52,147 bases of DNA. Source: an uncultured archaeon. Lineage in GTDB: Archaea > Asgardarchaeota > Heimdallarchaeia > Heimdallarchaeales > Heimdallarchaeaceae. Within the stretch, counting starts at the first letter, position 1; every line of letters starts with the position of its first letter. The DNA is taken from NCBI GenBank assembly GCA_964549075.1, contig CAZJUB010000013.1:1-52147 (forward strand), written 5' to 3'. A model generated the notes under the pieces. That model was not told the origin of the DNA, ran no database searches, and worked only from the letters and a program-made list of their open reading frames with translations. The translations under genes and the position numbers were made by a program. Positions 17,882 through 28,177 of the stretch are shown here, in pieces.

Positions 17882-19144
17882 TCATCTTTTCTTAGGGGTT
17901 AGATCTATTAACTTATATTCTCTCGAACCTAAACCTAGTGCATAAGCACTTGATAATTGAGTTTCAGCTATTATAGGCCGAGACTCTTCATCCACCCACA
18001 CACTGAATAAACCAAGTTTTTCTTCACCAATTTCCATAGCTTTTGGTTTAGGATTAATAGTTGTATGTGGTGCTACAATACCTGTTTCAGCTGGCGATTT
18101 AGGCATTCCAGGTGATTGTGTAACCAAATCTACACAAGCTTGATCGATTGCTATAGGATCTTCAGAATAAAAGATACCTAAATCTGGAACTAGGATATTC
18201 CCTCCAGCTGTTGCACAATCGCAGTGACTTGTTATATCAACAGCAACACTAATGTATCGCAATCTGTCATTACCAACTCCTTTAACAACACCAGCTGCAT
18301 TATCCATCATTCTTTCTACTTGTTCAACACTAGGAATACGTTTTCTACGAGCAAATACTTGTTTACTTTCCATCTCTTCTGGTTTGATACCATAGTGACA
18401 CTTTGCAAAACACATTAGACAAGCTATACAATTTTCTGCGTCATGAACTATCTTATTATTTTTATCTAAGGACAAACATTGAGTAGGGCAGATTCTAATA
18501 CACTTTCCACAAGCAGTACAATTATCGGGATTTTTCACATAGATATTACTACCACCACCTGCGTGAGCTGCACCTTTGCCTTCTTTTCCAACACAACCGA
18601 TTCCCAATTGTTTAAGAGCACCACCAAAACCTGCTCCATCATGACCTTTGAAACGAGAAAGAATAATTGTTTTATCCGCAATTTTCAATCCCATAGCCAC
18701 TGCAACTTCTTTGATATATTTTCCTTGATCATTCTTAACTCGAAAAGTCTCGGTGCCAATTACACCATCATCCATAACAACAGGCGCATTCATTGACGCA
18801 GAGTTTATCCCATGTTGGTTACCAAGATTCAGAAAACCAGGACCATTTGACATTGTATACTCTTTATTAGCTTCATCCCAGCCTAAACCAACACCTTCAC
18901 ACACCCAAGGTATACCCCCAGCTTTTCTAACTAAATCAACAACTTTTCGAATATACATAGGACGGAGGTGTCTGGTTTGATTTCTACTTCCAAAATGAGT
19001 TTTAATAATTACGATTTCATCAGGCTCAATCCAATTGCTTAAGCCTACTTCTTCATGATTCCATAAAAGCTCCAGACGGTCTATTAGAGAATCACCTCTG
19101 AAAATATCATCAGTACCTACCATATACACTTTAGATTTGCTCAT
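17882..19144 (-). CDS. DUF362 domain protein with 2[4Fe-4S] ferredoxin domain
   Basis: IKTHFG, SRFKGHDGAGFGGALKQLGIGC, CTACGKCIRICP/CIACLMCFAKC, CDC, DPIAIDQA. Confidence 0.88.
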   Translation of the reverse strand: MSKSKVYMVGTDDIFRGDSLIDRLELLWNHEEVGLSNWIEPDEIVIIKTHFGSRNQTRHLRPMYIRKVVDLVRKAGGIPWVCEGVGLGWDEANKEYTMSNGPGFLNLGNQHGINSASMNAPVVMDDGVIGTETFRVKNDQGKYIKEVAVAMGLKIADKTIILSRFKGHDGAGFGGALKQLGIGCVGKEGKGAAHAGGGSNIYVKNPDNCTACGKCIRICPTQCLSLDKNNKIVHDAENCIACLMCFAKCHYGIKPEEMESKQVFARRKRIPSVEQVERMMDNAAGVVKGVGNDRLRYISVAVDITSHCDCATAGGNILVPDLGIFYSEDPIAIDQACVDLVTQSPGMPKSPAETGIVAPHTTINPKPKAMEIGEEKLGLFSVWVDEESRPIIAETQLSSAYALGLGSREYKLIDLTPKKR

Positions 19145-19174
19145 GGGAGTATCTAGAATTGATTATTTATTAAT

Positions 19175-19897
19175 TTATTCTGTTAAATAAATCCCAATTT
19201 TACAGACTTCATCCCCTTGCATGACTGTTTCCAAAACTTCAACTTTTACAGGTTTTCCTAAAATAAACTCCCAAATACCTTTGTAAAATCCTGCTCCACA
19301 GAGACAGTAATACTCTGGAAGTTCTTTTTCTGGATCTTCTAATACTTCTCTTATTCGAGGACAATGACAGAAAAGTGCTCGTTTTTTATTTGGATCGGTT
19401 TCCTCAAACCATTCATGAATGTAAGCGCTTTTAGGGATTTTAGTAGCAATTATAGTATTATCATCTAATTTTCCTGCCATACCCATTCCTCTCTTTATAA
19501 TTTCTTGTATATATTTATCTTCAACATTCATCTGTTCTTTGAGAATATTCTCAAAATACTCTTGCATAGCTTTGTGAACTAATTTTACATCTTGAGTTTC
19601 GTCATAGAGAACCTTAAATTGCTGAAGATTTGATCTTGGATATTGACAAGAACATCCGGTCATAATCTCATATTTCTGCTCCTCACTAACAAGATCATCT
19701 AATTTTTCCATAGCTTTTTGAGTCCAATTAAAAACTTCAATCCTAGAAGACTTTGAAGTAATTCTTTCAGATCCTTCCAGAAGTTGACCTTTCACTTCTG
19801 TATCTGAGTAATCCTCTATACACATTGTGAAAACTCTCAACCAATATCTGTCAAAATCAAATTCATCAGTCATTACTATCATGATGTCATATGTCAA
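19175..19897 (-). CDS. Cys-rich conserved hypothetical protein (DUF6144/V4R-like)
   Basis: GCSC, FCHCP, YCLCGAGFYKGIWE..LGKPVKVEVLETV..GDEVC; likely start ATG 19873. Confidence 0.65.
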   Translation of the reverse strand: MTYDIMIVMTDEFDFDRYWLRVFTMCIEDYSDTEVKGQLLEGSERITSKSSRIEVFNWTQKAMEKLDDLVSEEQKYEIMTGCSCQYPRSNLQQFKVLYDETQDVKLVHKAMQEYFENILKEQMNVEDKYIQEIIKRGMGMAGKLDDNTIIATKIPKSAYIHEWFEETDPNKKRALFCHCPRIREVLEDPEKELPEYYCLCGAGFYKGIWEFILGKPVKVEVLETVMQGDEVCKIGIYLTE

Positions 19898-19964
19898 TTA
19901 GCTTATATTTTTACGTATTATTTTCTGCTAAAAACTTATTAATTTGCTAAAATAACTGTAATTT

Positions 19965-20444
19965 ATGCCAACTTTACTACAACTCTATTCTCTTTTAGAA
20001 GAGGAACGTATGAAGATTCTTGAAAGATTTACAAAAGTAGATAAGAAACATCTTTACTATTCGGAGAAAAAACATACCTGGAGTTCAGAAGAATTATTCC
20101 GACATATTTTGATGAATAACTATTGGTTACTTGACAATTTACCAGGTGGAGAAAAACTTGAAGCTCCACAAATTGCATTGAACACTGGTCAAGAAGGAAA
20201 AAGAGAAATTAGCATAGATGAGATTCGAGATTCTTTTATTTTGATTGCTGATATAATTAAACAACGTCTTTCATATTTAGGAAGACAAGAAGAGGAAGAA
20301 ATTATAGACTCGTTTCAAGGGAAGACGACTCGTCAAGCAGTCATTTCAAGATATATTTTCCACGAATTACGACATTTGGGGCAAATAAATTGGATATTTA
20401 AAAGGTCATCAGGATTAACTGATAAGGAGATTTATATGTTATAG
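19965..20444 (+). CDS. DinB-family protein
   Basis: WSSEELFRHI and HELRHLGQI His motifs. Confidence 0.85.
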   Translation: MPTLLQLYSLLEEERMKILERFTKVDKKHLYYSEKKHTWSSEELFRHILMNNYWLLDNLPGGEKLEAPQIALNTGQEGKREISIDEIRDSFILIADIIKQRLSYLGRQEEEEIIDSFQGKTTRQAVISRYIFHELRHLGQINWIFKRSSGLTDKEIYML

Positions 20445-20528
20445 TTTTTATCAAATTCACCTTGATTTATAACATAGCTACTTTATTATCCAAAACCTTT
20501 TTCTTCTTTGTTGTTTAAGTCCTAATAT

Positions 20529-21296
20529 ATGAAAAACGTTGATGTTTGTCTAACTTTTGATCTTGACGCTGACAGTGCTCAAGTAAGAAGAGAAGATGAG
20601 CCAGTAAAAGTTTCGAAAGGGCAGTTTGCTATTCAAAGAGGAGTTCCGAGAGTTCTTGAATTACTGAAAAAACATGAAATCAAAGGAACATTCTTTGTAT
20701 GTGGTTGGGTAGTTGATAAGTACCCAGGAACAATAGCTGAAATTAGAGATGCTGGGCATGAAATAGGAGCTCATGGGTATTTACATGAAGAATTAGATAA
20801 AATAGAATTCAATGAAGAAACAATTGTACATGAACACACTAATAAACTACTCGAAGAGCTGGATATATCAGTAAAAGGATTTAGAGCTCCCTATTGGAAA
20901 CTTTCTAAAAACACATTAACAATTATAGCAGAGATGGGTTACAGATATGATTCATCTTTCATGGATGAAGATAGACCCTATATTTATTCAGTTCCTGAAT
21001 CGCCTAGAAATCTTGTAGAATTCCCAATTGAATGGTTTATGGATGATTGGGTACTTTTCGAGATTCATCAAAAATCTCCTACTGAAGTATTTGATATTTG
21101 GAAATCACAATTTGATGCGCTTATAGAAATGGAAGATCTAAAAGATTCGAGAAAAATTTACACTTTAACCTGTCATCCAAGTTGTATAGGACATGCTTAC
21201 AGAATAACAATCCTGGATAGACTCATTCGTTACATGAAATCAAAACAAGTTAAATTTCACAAGATGTATGATCTTGCAGTTGATTATCTACTCTAA
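20529..21296 (+). CDS. Polysaccharide deacetylase (CE4, PuuE/PgdA-like)
   Basis: LTFDLD, HEIGAHGYLH, GFRAP, YDSS, LTCHP. Confidence 0.92.
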   Translation: MKNVDVCLTFDLDADSAQVRREDEPVKVSKGQFAIQRGVPRVLELLKKHEIKGTFFVCGWVVDKYPGTIAEIRDAGHEIGAHGYLHEELDKIEFNEETIVHEHTNKLLEELDISVKGFRAPYWKLSKNTLTIIAEMGYRYDSSFMDEDRPYIYSVPESPRNLVEFPIEWFMDDWVLFEIHQKSPTEVFDIWKSQFDALIEMEDLKDSRKIYTLTCHPSCIGHAYRITILDRLIRYMKSKQVKFHKMYDLAVDYLL

Positions 21297-21439
21297 AGGT
21301 TGACAACTAGGACTGTAACTATTTGTTCCACCAATTGATATTTTTTTGATTGATGTACCACAGTTTTGTTGATCGTTTTTCATTTCAATTTTTTATTAAT
21401 TTGAGCTAAAATAATTAGAGATTTTGATAATTCAACCAT
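21288..21439 (-). pseudogene. Collapsed Fpg/Nei-family DNA glycosylase relic
   Basis: ATG 21439 reads MVELSKSLIILAQINKKLK* (like the M.ELPE..I..QIN N-terminus). In another frame it is immediately followed by NCGTSIKKISIGGTNSYSPSCQPLE* (like the C-terminal Zn finger CxxCGTxIxKIxxGGRxSYxCPxCQ, with two Cys lost). Confidence 0.65.
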
Positions 21440-21629
21440 TTAACTGGCTTCCTTTATACGCATATCTGACTTAGCAAAATATGAAAAAGCTCGAGAATTA
21501 TATTTCGTACGAATCTTTTTTACTAAATTCTTTAATGCTTGAAGTCCAGTTGTTCCATTTTTTTTACACTTTATCTATTTTTTACTTTTTTTTACTATTT
21601 AAAGAAAATTACGACACAATTATGAAATT

Positions 21630-21733
21630 AAAGTAAGGCAAGTTTAAATATAAGGTCAAAACGCGTATTTGGATTTAAATTAAATCACAGCAAATATCTC
21701 GTTTTTTTTCCAAAAAGTAAGGCAAGTTTAAAT
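21630..21733. repeat. Perfect 20-bp direct repeat AAAGTAAGGCAAGTTTAAAT (21630-21649, 21714-21733)
   Basis: Directly visible; each copy ends in a TTTAAAT TATA-like element preceded by a purine-rich BRE-like stretch. Confidence 0.75.
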
Positions 21734-21830
21734 CTTATTTAAAAATCTGAAACTATGCTTAAAATTTACCCATAAAATGTTATAAAGGCACAAACGAAAC
21801 TTACAGCTCAGAACCTACAAGGTAAGAAGA

Positions 21831-22946
21831 ATGAATGATAAATATACATACTATAAAATGAAATTCGAACACCATTTACTTGAGGGAACACATTATAATA
21901 TAGGTCAAAAACAAGCAGAGATTCTCAAAAAAAGAGAAAATGTACCTATGGTTTATCTTTCAGGTAAATTCAACAAGAATAAATCAAGTTTCCAGAATTT
22001 TAAAGAATCTTTTGAATTCTATAATAGTTTTTGTCCTGGATTAAAAGAAGAATCAGAAGGTTTTGCAGATGCCTTTAATGCAAAAGTTGACCAATTGATG
22101 CTTTATGATTTTCCAGCTTCAACACAAAATTGTAGTCACTTTGCAGTTTTACCAGCATTAACTAAGAATAAAGAGACACTAGTAGGACGAAGTTATGAAT
22201 GGAAACATGATGACGAATCTTTAGAGTTTCGTACAACAAAAGTAAATGGAAAATACAAACATTTAGCTTTTTCTTGCATTCCATACGGAAGATATGATGG
22301 CATAAACGATCAAGGTTTATGTGTTACTAGTTCAGCAGGCGGAGCTTGGAGAGGAAAATTCACTAAAAAATCTATTAGTTGGGATTTGGCATTAAGAGTA
22401 ATAATAGAAAATTGTAAAGATGTGAGTCAAGCAACTAAACTACTTGAAGAAATTCCCATATATGGAACGAATATTTTTCTTGTAGTTGATAAAACAGGTA
22501 AAGCTATTATGATGGAAAATTTTAACACAACTATTGAACTAAAAGACTATGATCTTAATAGCGAAGAACAGTACATTATTGCAACAAATCATTATGAACT
22601 ACCTAAAATTGAGGGATTTAATGAGTTCAATATTCCTTGGTTGATATCGAATTCTAAGAAGAGACGTGAAATTATTGATGAATCAATTAAAAGAAACAAA
22701 GGTAAAATTACTGAAATGGAAATAAAAGAAATTCTCAGTAAAGAATTTCCCACAGGAATATGTTGTCATTGGTTTACAGATTATTTTGGAACACTATGGT
22801 CTTCTAAATATAATGTAACTAAAGGAATAGCTGAAGTTTGTTTTGGTCCTCCTACTCATAATCAATGGTTCTCTTTCAAAATAGATGACGAAATCACTAG
22901 AAATGATTATGAAGTTACTTTTCCAGATAAAAGAATTGATATGTGA
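21831..22946 (+). CDS. Peptidase C45 / acyl-CoA:6-APA acyltransferase-like Ntn hydrolase
   Basis: Autoprocessing site [24 protein letters not shown]. Confidence 0.85.
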   Translation: MNDKYTYYKMKFEHHLLEGTHYNIGQKQAEILKKRENVPMVYLSGKFNKNKSSFQNFKESFEFYNSFCPGLKEESEGFADAFNAKVDQLMLYDFPASTQNCSHFAVLPALTKNKETLVGRSYEWKHDDESLEFRTTKVNGKYKHLAFSCIPYGRYDGINDQGLCVTSSAGGAWRGKFTKKSISWDLALRVIIENCKDVSQATKLLEEIPIYGTNIFLVVDKTGKAIMMENFNTTIELKDYDLNSEEQYIIATNHYELPKIEGFNEFNIPWLISNSKKRREIIDESIKRNKGKITEMEIKEILSKEFPTGICCHWFTDYFGTLWSSKYNVTKGIAEVCFGPPTHNQWFSFKIDDEITRNDYEVTFPDKRIDM

Positions 22947-22995
22947 AGTAACTTCTTTCCTACTTTTTTATATACTAGAAAAACTTCTCTTTTTT

Positions 22996-24672
22996 GTGAA
23001 TTCTAAAAAAGACAGTAATTTTGGATTAGGTAAGAGAGACCCAAGATTAGCTTATAAGAGAGCTCTTTATCATGGTTGTGGATATTCAGATGCAGATCTA
23101 GAGAAACCTCTGATCGCCATTGCTAACTCTTTCAATCAAATGAATCCTGGTCATATTCATCTTAATCAACTTGCAGATCTTGTTAAAGAAGGAGTCTTAG
23201 AAACTGGTGGAACTCCTATGATTTTCAACACAATTGGTATTTGTGATGGAATAGCTAATAGTGGGGAAAAGAGTAAGTTTGTTTTACCATCAAGAGAGAT
23301 TATTGCAAATAGCATAGAAAGTATGGTTCAATCACATGGTTTTGATGGTTTAGTATGCATTTGTTCTTGTGATAAAATAATCCCAGGAATGATTATGGGA
23401 GCTATAAGATGTAATCTTCCAACAATTTTCTTAACTGGAGGTGTAATGGATCCTGCTCAAATCCCTGGTATCGGTACTAAAGTTACTTCAGATATTAAAG
23501 AAGCAATAGGTCTATTTAATGCTGGTGAAATTGATGAAGAAACTTTTAGATTAATTGAAGAAAAGACTTGTTGTTCACCTGGTGCTTGTAACATGATGGG
23601 AACAGCTAACACCATGGCTTCTATAGTTGAAGCTATTGGATTATCTTTACCAAATTGTGCTATGACACCTGCTATTTCTATGGAAAGAAATCAACTAGCA
23701 CATAGAACTGGAAAAAGGATTGTAGTATTAGTAGAAGAAGAGGTTAGAGTAAATAAAATACTGACTGAAGAATCTCTAGAGAATGGAATTAGATTGGGAT
23801 TAGCTATTGGAGGATCAAGTAACATGGTTCTTCACTTGTGTGCTATCGCATATGAACTTGGCATCGACATGACACATGATATTTTTGATGAATTTTCTAA
23901 AACTACTCCTTTAATTGCAAATTTCAAACCTTCTTCAAACATTAATCTGTTCCAATATCATGAAGCAGGTGGTGTTCCAGCTACAATCAAGGAGTTACTT
24001 CCTATTTTGAATAAAGAAGTTCTAACAGTTTCTGGATTAAAACTGGAAGAAATAGCAGAACAATCCGTGAATAGAGATTATAAGATCATACACTCTTTAG
24101 ATCAACCATTAGCTTCTGAAGGCGGTTTAGCTGTCTTAAAAGGTTCTTTAGCTCCTGAAGGAGCTATAGTTAAACAATCGGCTGTTCACCCAAATATGCT
24201 TAAACATAAGGGACCAGCAAAGGTTTTCCATAGTGAGGAGGAAGTAAAAGAAGCTTTACTTGACAACAAAGTTGTTCCAGGTGATATATTAGTAATCAGA
24301 TATGAAGGACCAAAAGGTTCTCCAGGAATGAGGGAATTATCATTACCTGCTGCAATTCTAATAGGAATGGGTTTAGGAGATTCAGTAGCTATGATCACTG
24401 ATGGCAGATATAGCGGAGCAAGTAGGGGACCTTGTATAGGGCATGTTTGTCCAGAAGCGTGGGAAGGAGGCCCAATCGCTCTTGTAGAAGAAGGAGATAT
24501 AATAGAAATTGATATTCCAAATCGACAGGTTGATTTACTCGTTGATTCTGGAGAACTAACAAAGCGCAGAAATAGATGGAAAAGGCCAGAAAAGAAATAC
24601 AAAAAAGGAATTCTCAGCGTTTATCCAGAGTTAGTTTCTAGTGCAAAGAATGGAGCTATATGGAAAATTTAA
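22996..24672 (+). CDS. ilvD: Dihydroxy-acid dehydratase (IlvD/Edd family)
   Basis: [70 protein letters not shown]. Start moved to in-frame GTG 22996 to remove the overlap with the upstream gene. Confidence 0.92.
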   Translation: MNSKKDSNFGLGKRDPRLAYKRALYHGCGYSDADLEKPLIAIANSFNQMNPGHIHLNQLADLVKEGVLETGGTPMIFNTIGICDGIANSGEKSKFVLPSREIIANSIESMVQSHGFDGLVCICSCDKIIPGMIMGAIRCNLPTIFLTGGVMDPAQIPGIGTKVTSDIKEAIGLFNAGEIDEETFRLIEEKTCCSPGACNMMGTANTMASIVEAIGLSLPNCAMTPAISMERNQLAHRTGKRIVVLVEEEVRVNKILTEESLENGIRLGLAIGGSSNMVLHLCAIAYELGIDMTHDIFDEFSKTTPLIANFKPSSNINLFQYHEAGGVPATIKELLPILNKEVLTVSGLKLEEIAEQSVNRDYKIIHSLDQPLASEGGLAVLKGSLAPEGAIVKQSAVHPNMLKHKGPAKVFHSEEEVKEALLDNKVVPGDILVIRYEGPKGSPGMRELSLPAAILIGMGLGDSVAMITDGRYSGASRGPCIGHVCPEAWEGGPIALVEEGDIIEIDIPNRQVDLLVDSGELTKRRNRWKRPEKKYKKGILSVYPELVSSAKNGAIWKI

Positions 24673-25793
24673 GGTCCATCAGTAATTTCATTTACTTTTA
24701 CTTCTCTGAAATTTTCTCGTACAGATCTCACTGTAGCAAGTCCTAGTTGAAGGATATATCTTGCCTCTTTGGGATTTAATTCTATATCTTTATCTTCCCT
24801 CAAACCTTCTACAAATTCGTTTGAACAATTTATAAACGAGGAACTCCAGCTCGTATCGATATCAAGTTTAGAATTCCATTGACCTGTTTCATCCACCCAG
24901 TGAACTCCTGCTTGTCCTGGAGCACTATCTCCGCAACTTTCAAAGAATTTTCCTGTACAACCTGGAATGAAAATTATTCCTTTTTCTCCAACAATTTCCA
25001 TATATTCATCACAAGCATAATGGTCTGATTCCATTGGTAGAAAATCATGAACACTTGTATTCCAGGTACCATAATGAGATTTGTTCTTGCAAGAATAGAT
25101 TACTACAGCAGGTGTATCATGTTTTATTACTCCTTGAATCTTCTTTACTCCTTGCCAAGCTAATACTGATTCTATAGGTTCGTCTAAGAATTGTGCAATA
25201 ATACTATGTTTATGATATCCGTCATCAAAAAGAGTTGGTGAATTGTAATTCCCTTCTTCACTAAAACGCCATTTCCAGGAGGATATTGGAACTTTCCATT
25301 CAGATAATGCACTTAATCCTCCCCACATTCTGCAATCTACTCGTTCTGTTTTTCCAATTACACCTTCGTCGATTAATTTTTGTGCAAACTGATAAGGTGG
25401 ATAAAATCTAAAATTCTCAAATATTCTAAATCTAACTTTATTCTTTTCAGTCGCTTCAATCATGGCATCCATTTCAGATAATGTCATAGCTGGGACTTTT
25501 TGGAGTGAAATGTGCTTACCTGCTTCAGCTGCTTTGATAGTTTGCTCAGCATGAAGATTATGAGGAGTAAGAATCTCTACTGCTTCAACGTCCTTATTTC
25601 CAAGAAGATCTTCATAGTTTGTATACACATTTTCTACATTGAATTCTTTAGCAACTTCTTCAGCTCGCTTCTTATTTTTATCACATACAGCAATTAATTC
25701 CGCTTCTATATTATTCTCTTGTTTATATGCTTGAAGGTGGAGTGTACTTATTCGTCCTAATCCAATTATACCTATCCTGACTTTATCAACCAT
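24669..25793 (-). CDS. Gfo/Idh/MocA-family oxidoreductase
   Basis: GIIGLGRIS Rossmann motif, [27 protein letters not shown]. Confidence 0.9.
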   Translation of the reverse strand: MVDKVRIGIIGLGRISTLHLQAYKQENNIEAELIAVCDKNKKRAEEVAKEFNVENVYTNYEDLLGNKDVEAVEILTPHNLHAEQTIKAAEAGKHISLQKVPAMTLSEMDAMIEATEKNKVRFRIFENFRFYPPYQFAQKLIDEGVIGKTERVDCRMWGGLSALSEWKVPISSWKWRFSEEGNYNSPTLFDDGYHKHSIIAQFLDEPIESVLAWQGVKKIQGVIKHDTPAVVIYSCKNKSHYGTWNTSVHDFLPMESDHYACDEYMEIVGEKGIIFIPGCTGKFFESCGDSAPGQAGVHWVDETGQWNSKLDIDTSWSSSFINCSNEFVEGLREDKDIELNPKEARYILQLGLATVRSVRENFREVKVNEITDGP

Positions 25794-25850
25794 GATTTTC
25801 GAATGAATACACGTTTAAAGATTTAAAAAAATGTTGGAAAAAAAGGAGGA

Positions 25851-26918
25851 TTAGGTTCCAATCTCGACACCAAATATAGTGCTTAAAACCCACTTATTAA
25901 AGAAACTAATCAATCCAGAAAGTGTTCCTACAGCTGAATAAACAAATAAGACATAATATTGCCATTTTGAGATATTTATTCCAAAAATTGCTTCCATTTT
26001 TCTTTTATAGATCTTAACCGGAACATTTACTGTTTTAACAATCTTATAATTCTGCTCGAATTCTATTCTCAGATTACTTGTAAGTTCTTTTGACCACCTT
26101 GTAGGAGTTAGGAAAAATTCAATAACAATTTCTTCAGCTTTCGGATCAAAATAAATAATCCTCTGACTTGGAGATACAACAGCAACATTACCTATAGCAA
26201 TAGGTCTTACAATCATGGGTCCTTCTTCTAATCCTTCAATTCTAGTTGTAGCTTCAGTCACTTTTTCTCCTAATTTCTTAGCTGTAAGTGAAAAGTGTTC
26301 TGCTTCTTTTTTATCTAATTTCAGCTCTTTAATCGTAAGTGCTTCATCGAATTCTTTACTTTTAATCAAAGTAATTTTGAGTCTAAACACTTCATCTAAG
26401 CACATGTTTTTTGGAAGCATAATGGATAAATCTCTTGAGAGATCATCGATAATGATTTCCTCTTCCTTCGCTAGAGTTGGAGGAATATAACTTGCTCTTT
26501 CTTCAACTTCTTCTCCATAATCATCAACCATTTCAGCTTCGTCCATCGGTGGTCTTGCTTCTTCAAGATCTACCATTTTTTCTTTCCTTTCTTCAGCCAT
26601 CTCCTCAGCTTTAGGAGTACTTGGTATAGCTCCAGCTAAGGTATCTATTGTAGTAGGTTTCTTTGCAGCCTTCTCTTCTTCTATAGGAGAGGAATCAAAA
26701 ACAGGTTGAGGAGAGGGACTTGATCTAGCAGCTTTACTCTTTCTTTTTTTAGCTCCACGCTTGGATACAGAACCTACAATTGGTATTTCTCTATCTCTTA
26801 TTTTAAATAGTCTATCTCCGAAATCAATTTTTTTTGCAGATATAGCAACAATTAGTGCGAATACAGCTGTTCCTACTAGTATTGCACCTATAATATAATA
26901 TAATGCATCTAAAGCCAT
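25851..26918 (-). CDS. Hypothetical membrane protein (N- and C-terminal TM, low-complexity linker)
   Basis: TM at residues ~5-27, basic then Pro/Glu-rich linker, beta-rich domain, C-terminal TM. Confidence 0.7.
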   Translation of the reverse strand: MALDALYYIIGAILVGTAVFALIVAISAKKIDFGDRLFKIRDREIPIVGSVSKRGAKKRKSKAARSSPSPQPVFDSSPIEEEKAAKKPTTIDTLAGAIPSTPKAEEMAEERKEKMVDLEEARPPMDEAEMVDDYGEEVEERASYIPPTLAKEEEIIIDDLSRDLSIMLPKNMCLDEVFRLKITLIKSKEFDEALTIKELKLDKKEAEHFSLTAKKLGEKVTEATTRIEGLEEGPMIVRPIAIGNVAVVSPSQRIIYFDPKAEEIVIEFFLTPTRWSKELTSNLRIEFEQNYKIVKTVNVPVKIYKRKMEAIFGINISKWQYYVLFVYSAVGTLSGLISFFNKWVLSTIFGVEIGT

Positions 26919-27094
26919 GAACTACTATTGTGATATGGGTTAAATAAAGATTGTGCGAAAATTGTTTTTCGTATAAAAGCTACGGACAATTTTATTTCGT
27001 GTGATTACTAGTTTTTGTCATAAATTATCATATGTTTTACTCACGTAATACTTGTCCTTTTTAATTGCATTTTTTTTTGATATAGTGGGGTATT

Positions 27095-27403
27095 ATGGCT
27101 AAAAAAATGTGCTATGAAGGTGAGGTCGTTTTTATCAATAAATATGGCACAAGATACCGTAGATGTGATAAAACTGACTGTGTGTGGAACGCTGATTGTA
27201 ATGAAATATCTACTGGAGGTATAATGTCAGGTAGAATAAAAATTCCACGTTTTAAAGTAAGAGTGTGTAATTGTTCAATAGAAAATCCCATAGCAATTCA
27301 TGAAGCTATAAAAGCCAGCTGTTATCCAGTAGAGGAAAAAATCCAAGGAGATTTAACTAACATAGAATTTATCAGAAATTTAAGAGAAAAACAAGCTCTG
27401 TGA
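27095..27403 (+). CDS. Small Cys-rich hypothetical protein
   Basis: ATG with GTGGGG RBS; 7 Cys in 102 aa. Confidence 0.6.
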   Translation: MAKKMCYEGEVVFINKYGTRYRRCDKTDCVWNADCNEISTGGIMSGRIKIPRFKVRVCNCSIENPIAIHEAIKASCYPVEEKIQGDLTNIEFIRNLREKQAL

Positions 27404-27445
27404 TAGTTAAAGCTTTAAATAGAGACTCCTTGAATTTCTCTTGAT

Positions 27446-28153
27446 ATGGATAAAAAAAGAATTCTAAGAGATACTTTCATCTATTTAGCGAGTTTTATTG
27501 TTATTGCATTAATGTTAGAAATAACAGCAATAGCTTATTTTCCTGGTGGTAATCATATTACAGGAGATACTGAAGGTTTTGATTTTGTTTATAATACTCT
27601 TACTGATCTAGGAAGAAATCCAACTCCAAGTGGAAAACCTAATCTCACTTCACAAGTATTATATCGTATTGCAGTTTTCTATATGTCGTTTTTTGGAATT
27701 GCTTACCATTCAATAATATGGAAATTTTTTACAAAAGACAAAGTAACGAAATATCTTAGCATCGCTGGATCTTTCTTTGGAATTGCACAAGCGGGACTTT
27801 ATCTAGGAGTGCTTTTTGTTGAGAAACATCCAGAACATAATCAATTTATTGAAGCAGCTGCTGGTTCGTTGATAGCAGCTGTTTTACTATATATGATAGC
27901 TTTTTTTAGAAACAAAGAACTAAATAAAATAAATCAATGGACGTATCTAGCTATATTTAGTATTGCGGTCATATATGCATCTGTGATCTTTGCAGGATTT
28001 TTAATAGTGAATTCTGGAGGGTCAAATACGCTGTTTGTAACAAGTCAAAGAATAGGCCATACCTTATTTAATTGGTGTATAGAAATCTCATTTATCATAC
28101 AATCTGTTGCGATATATTATTACCTTAAATCTCAAAAGATAATAGAAAAATAA
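27446..28153 (+). CDS. Membrane protein, DUF998-like
   Basis: YFPGG...YNTLTDLG after TM1, conserved-looking His (EHN), about 6 TM. Confidence 0.6.
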   Translation: MDKKRILRDTFIYLASFIVIALMLEITAIAYFPGGNHITGDTEGFDFVYNTLTDLGRNPTPSGKPNLTSQVLYRIAVFYMSFFGIAYHSIIWKFFTKDKVTKYLSIAGSFFGIAQAGLYLGVLFVEKHPEHNQFIEAAAGSLIAAVLLYMIAFFRNKELNKINQWTYLAIFSIAVIYASVIFAGFLIVNSGGSNTLFVTSQRIGHTLFNWCIEISFIIQSVAIYYYLKSQKIIEK

Positions 28154-28177
28154 TAAAAAAGAAAGAAAAAGGGAGAA

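Noticed and set aside
21630-21733. Possible mini-CRISPR array
   Set aside because: Only two 20-bp copies with a 64-bp spacer, and no cas operon in the window.
22885-22995. Track's N-terminal extension of ilvD
   Set aside because: It overlaps the C45 gene and a T-rich intergenic tract and has no IlvD-like sequence.
24186-24602. 138-aa antisense ORF in ilvD, and the other 60-105 aa ORFs nested in or antisense to long genes
   Set aside because: They lie within well-supported genes, with no recognisable motifs or RBS; expected shadow ORFs.
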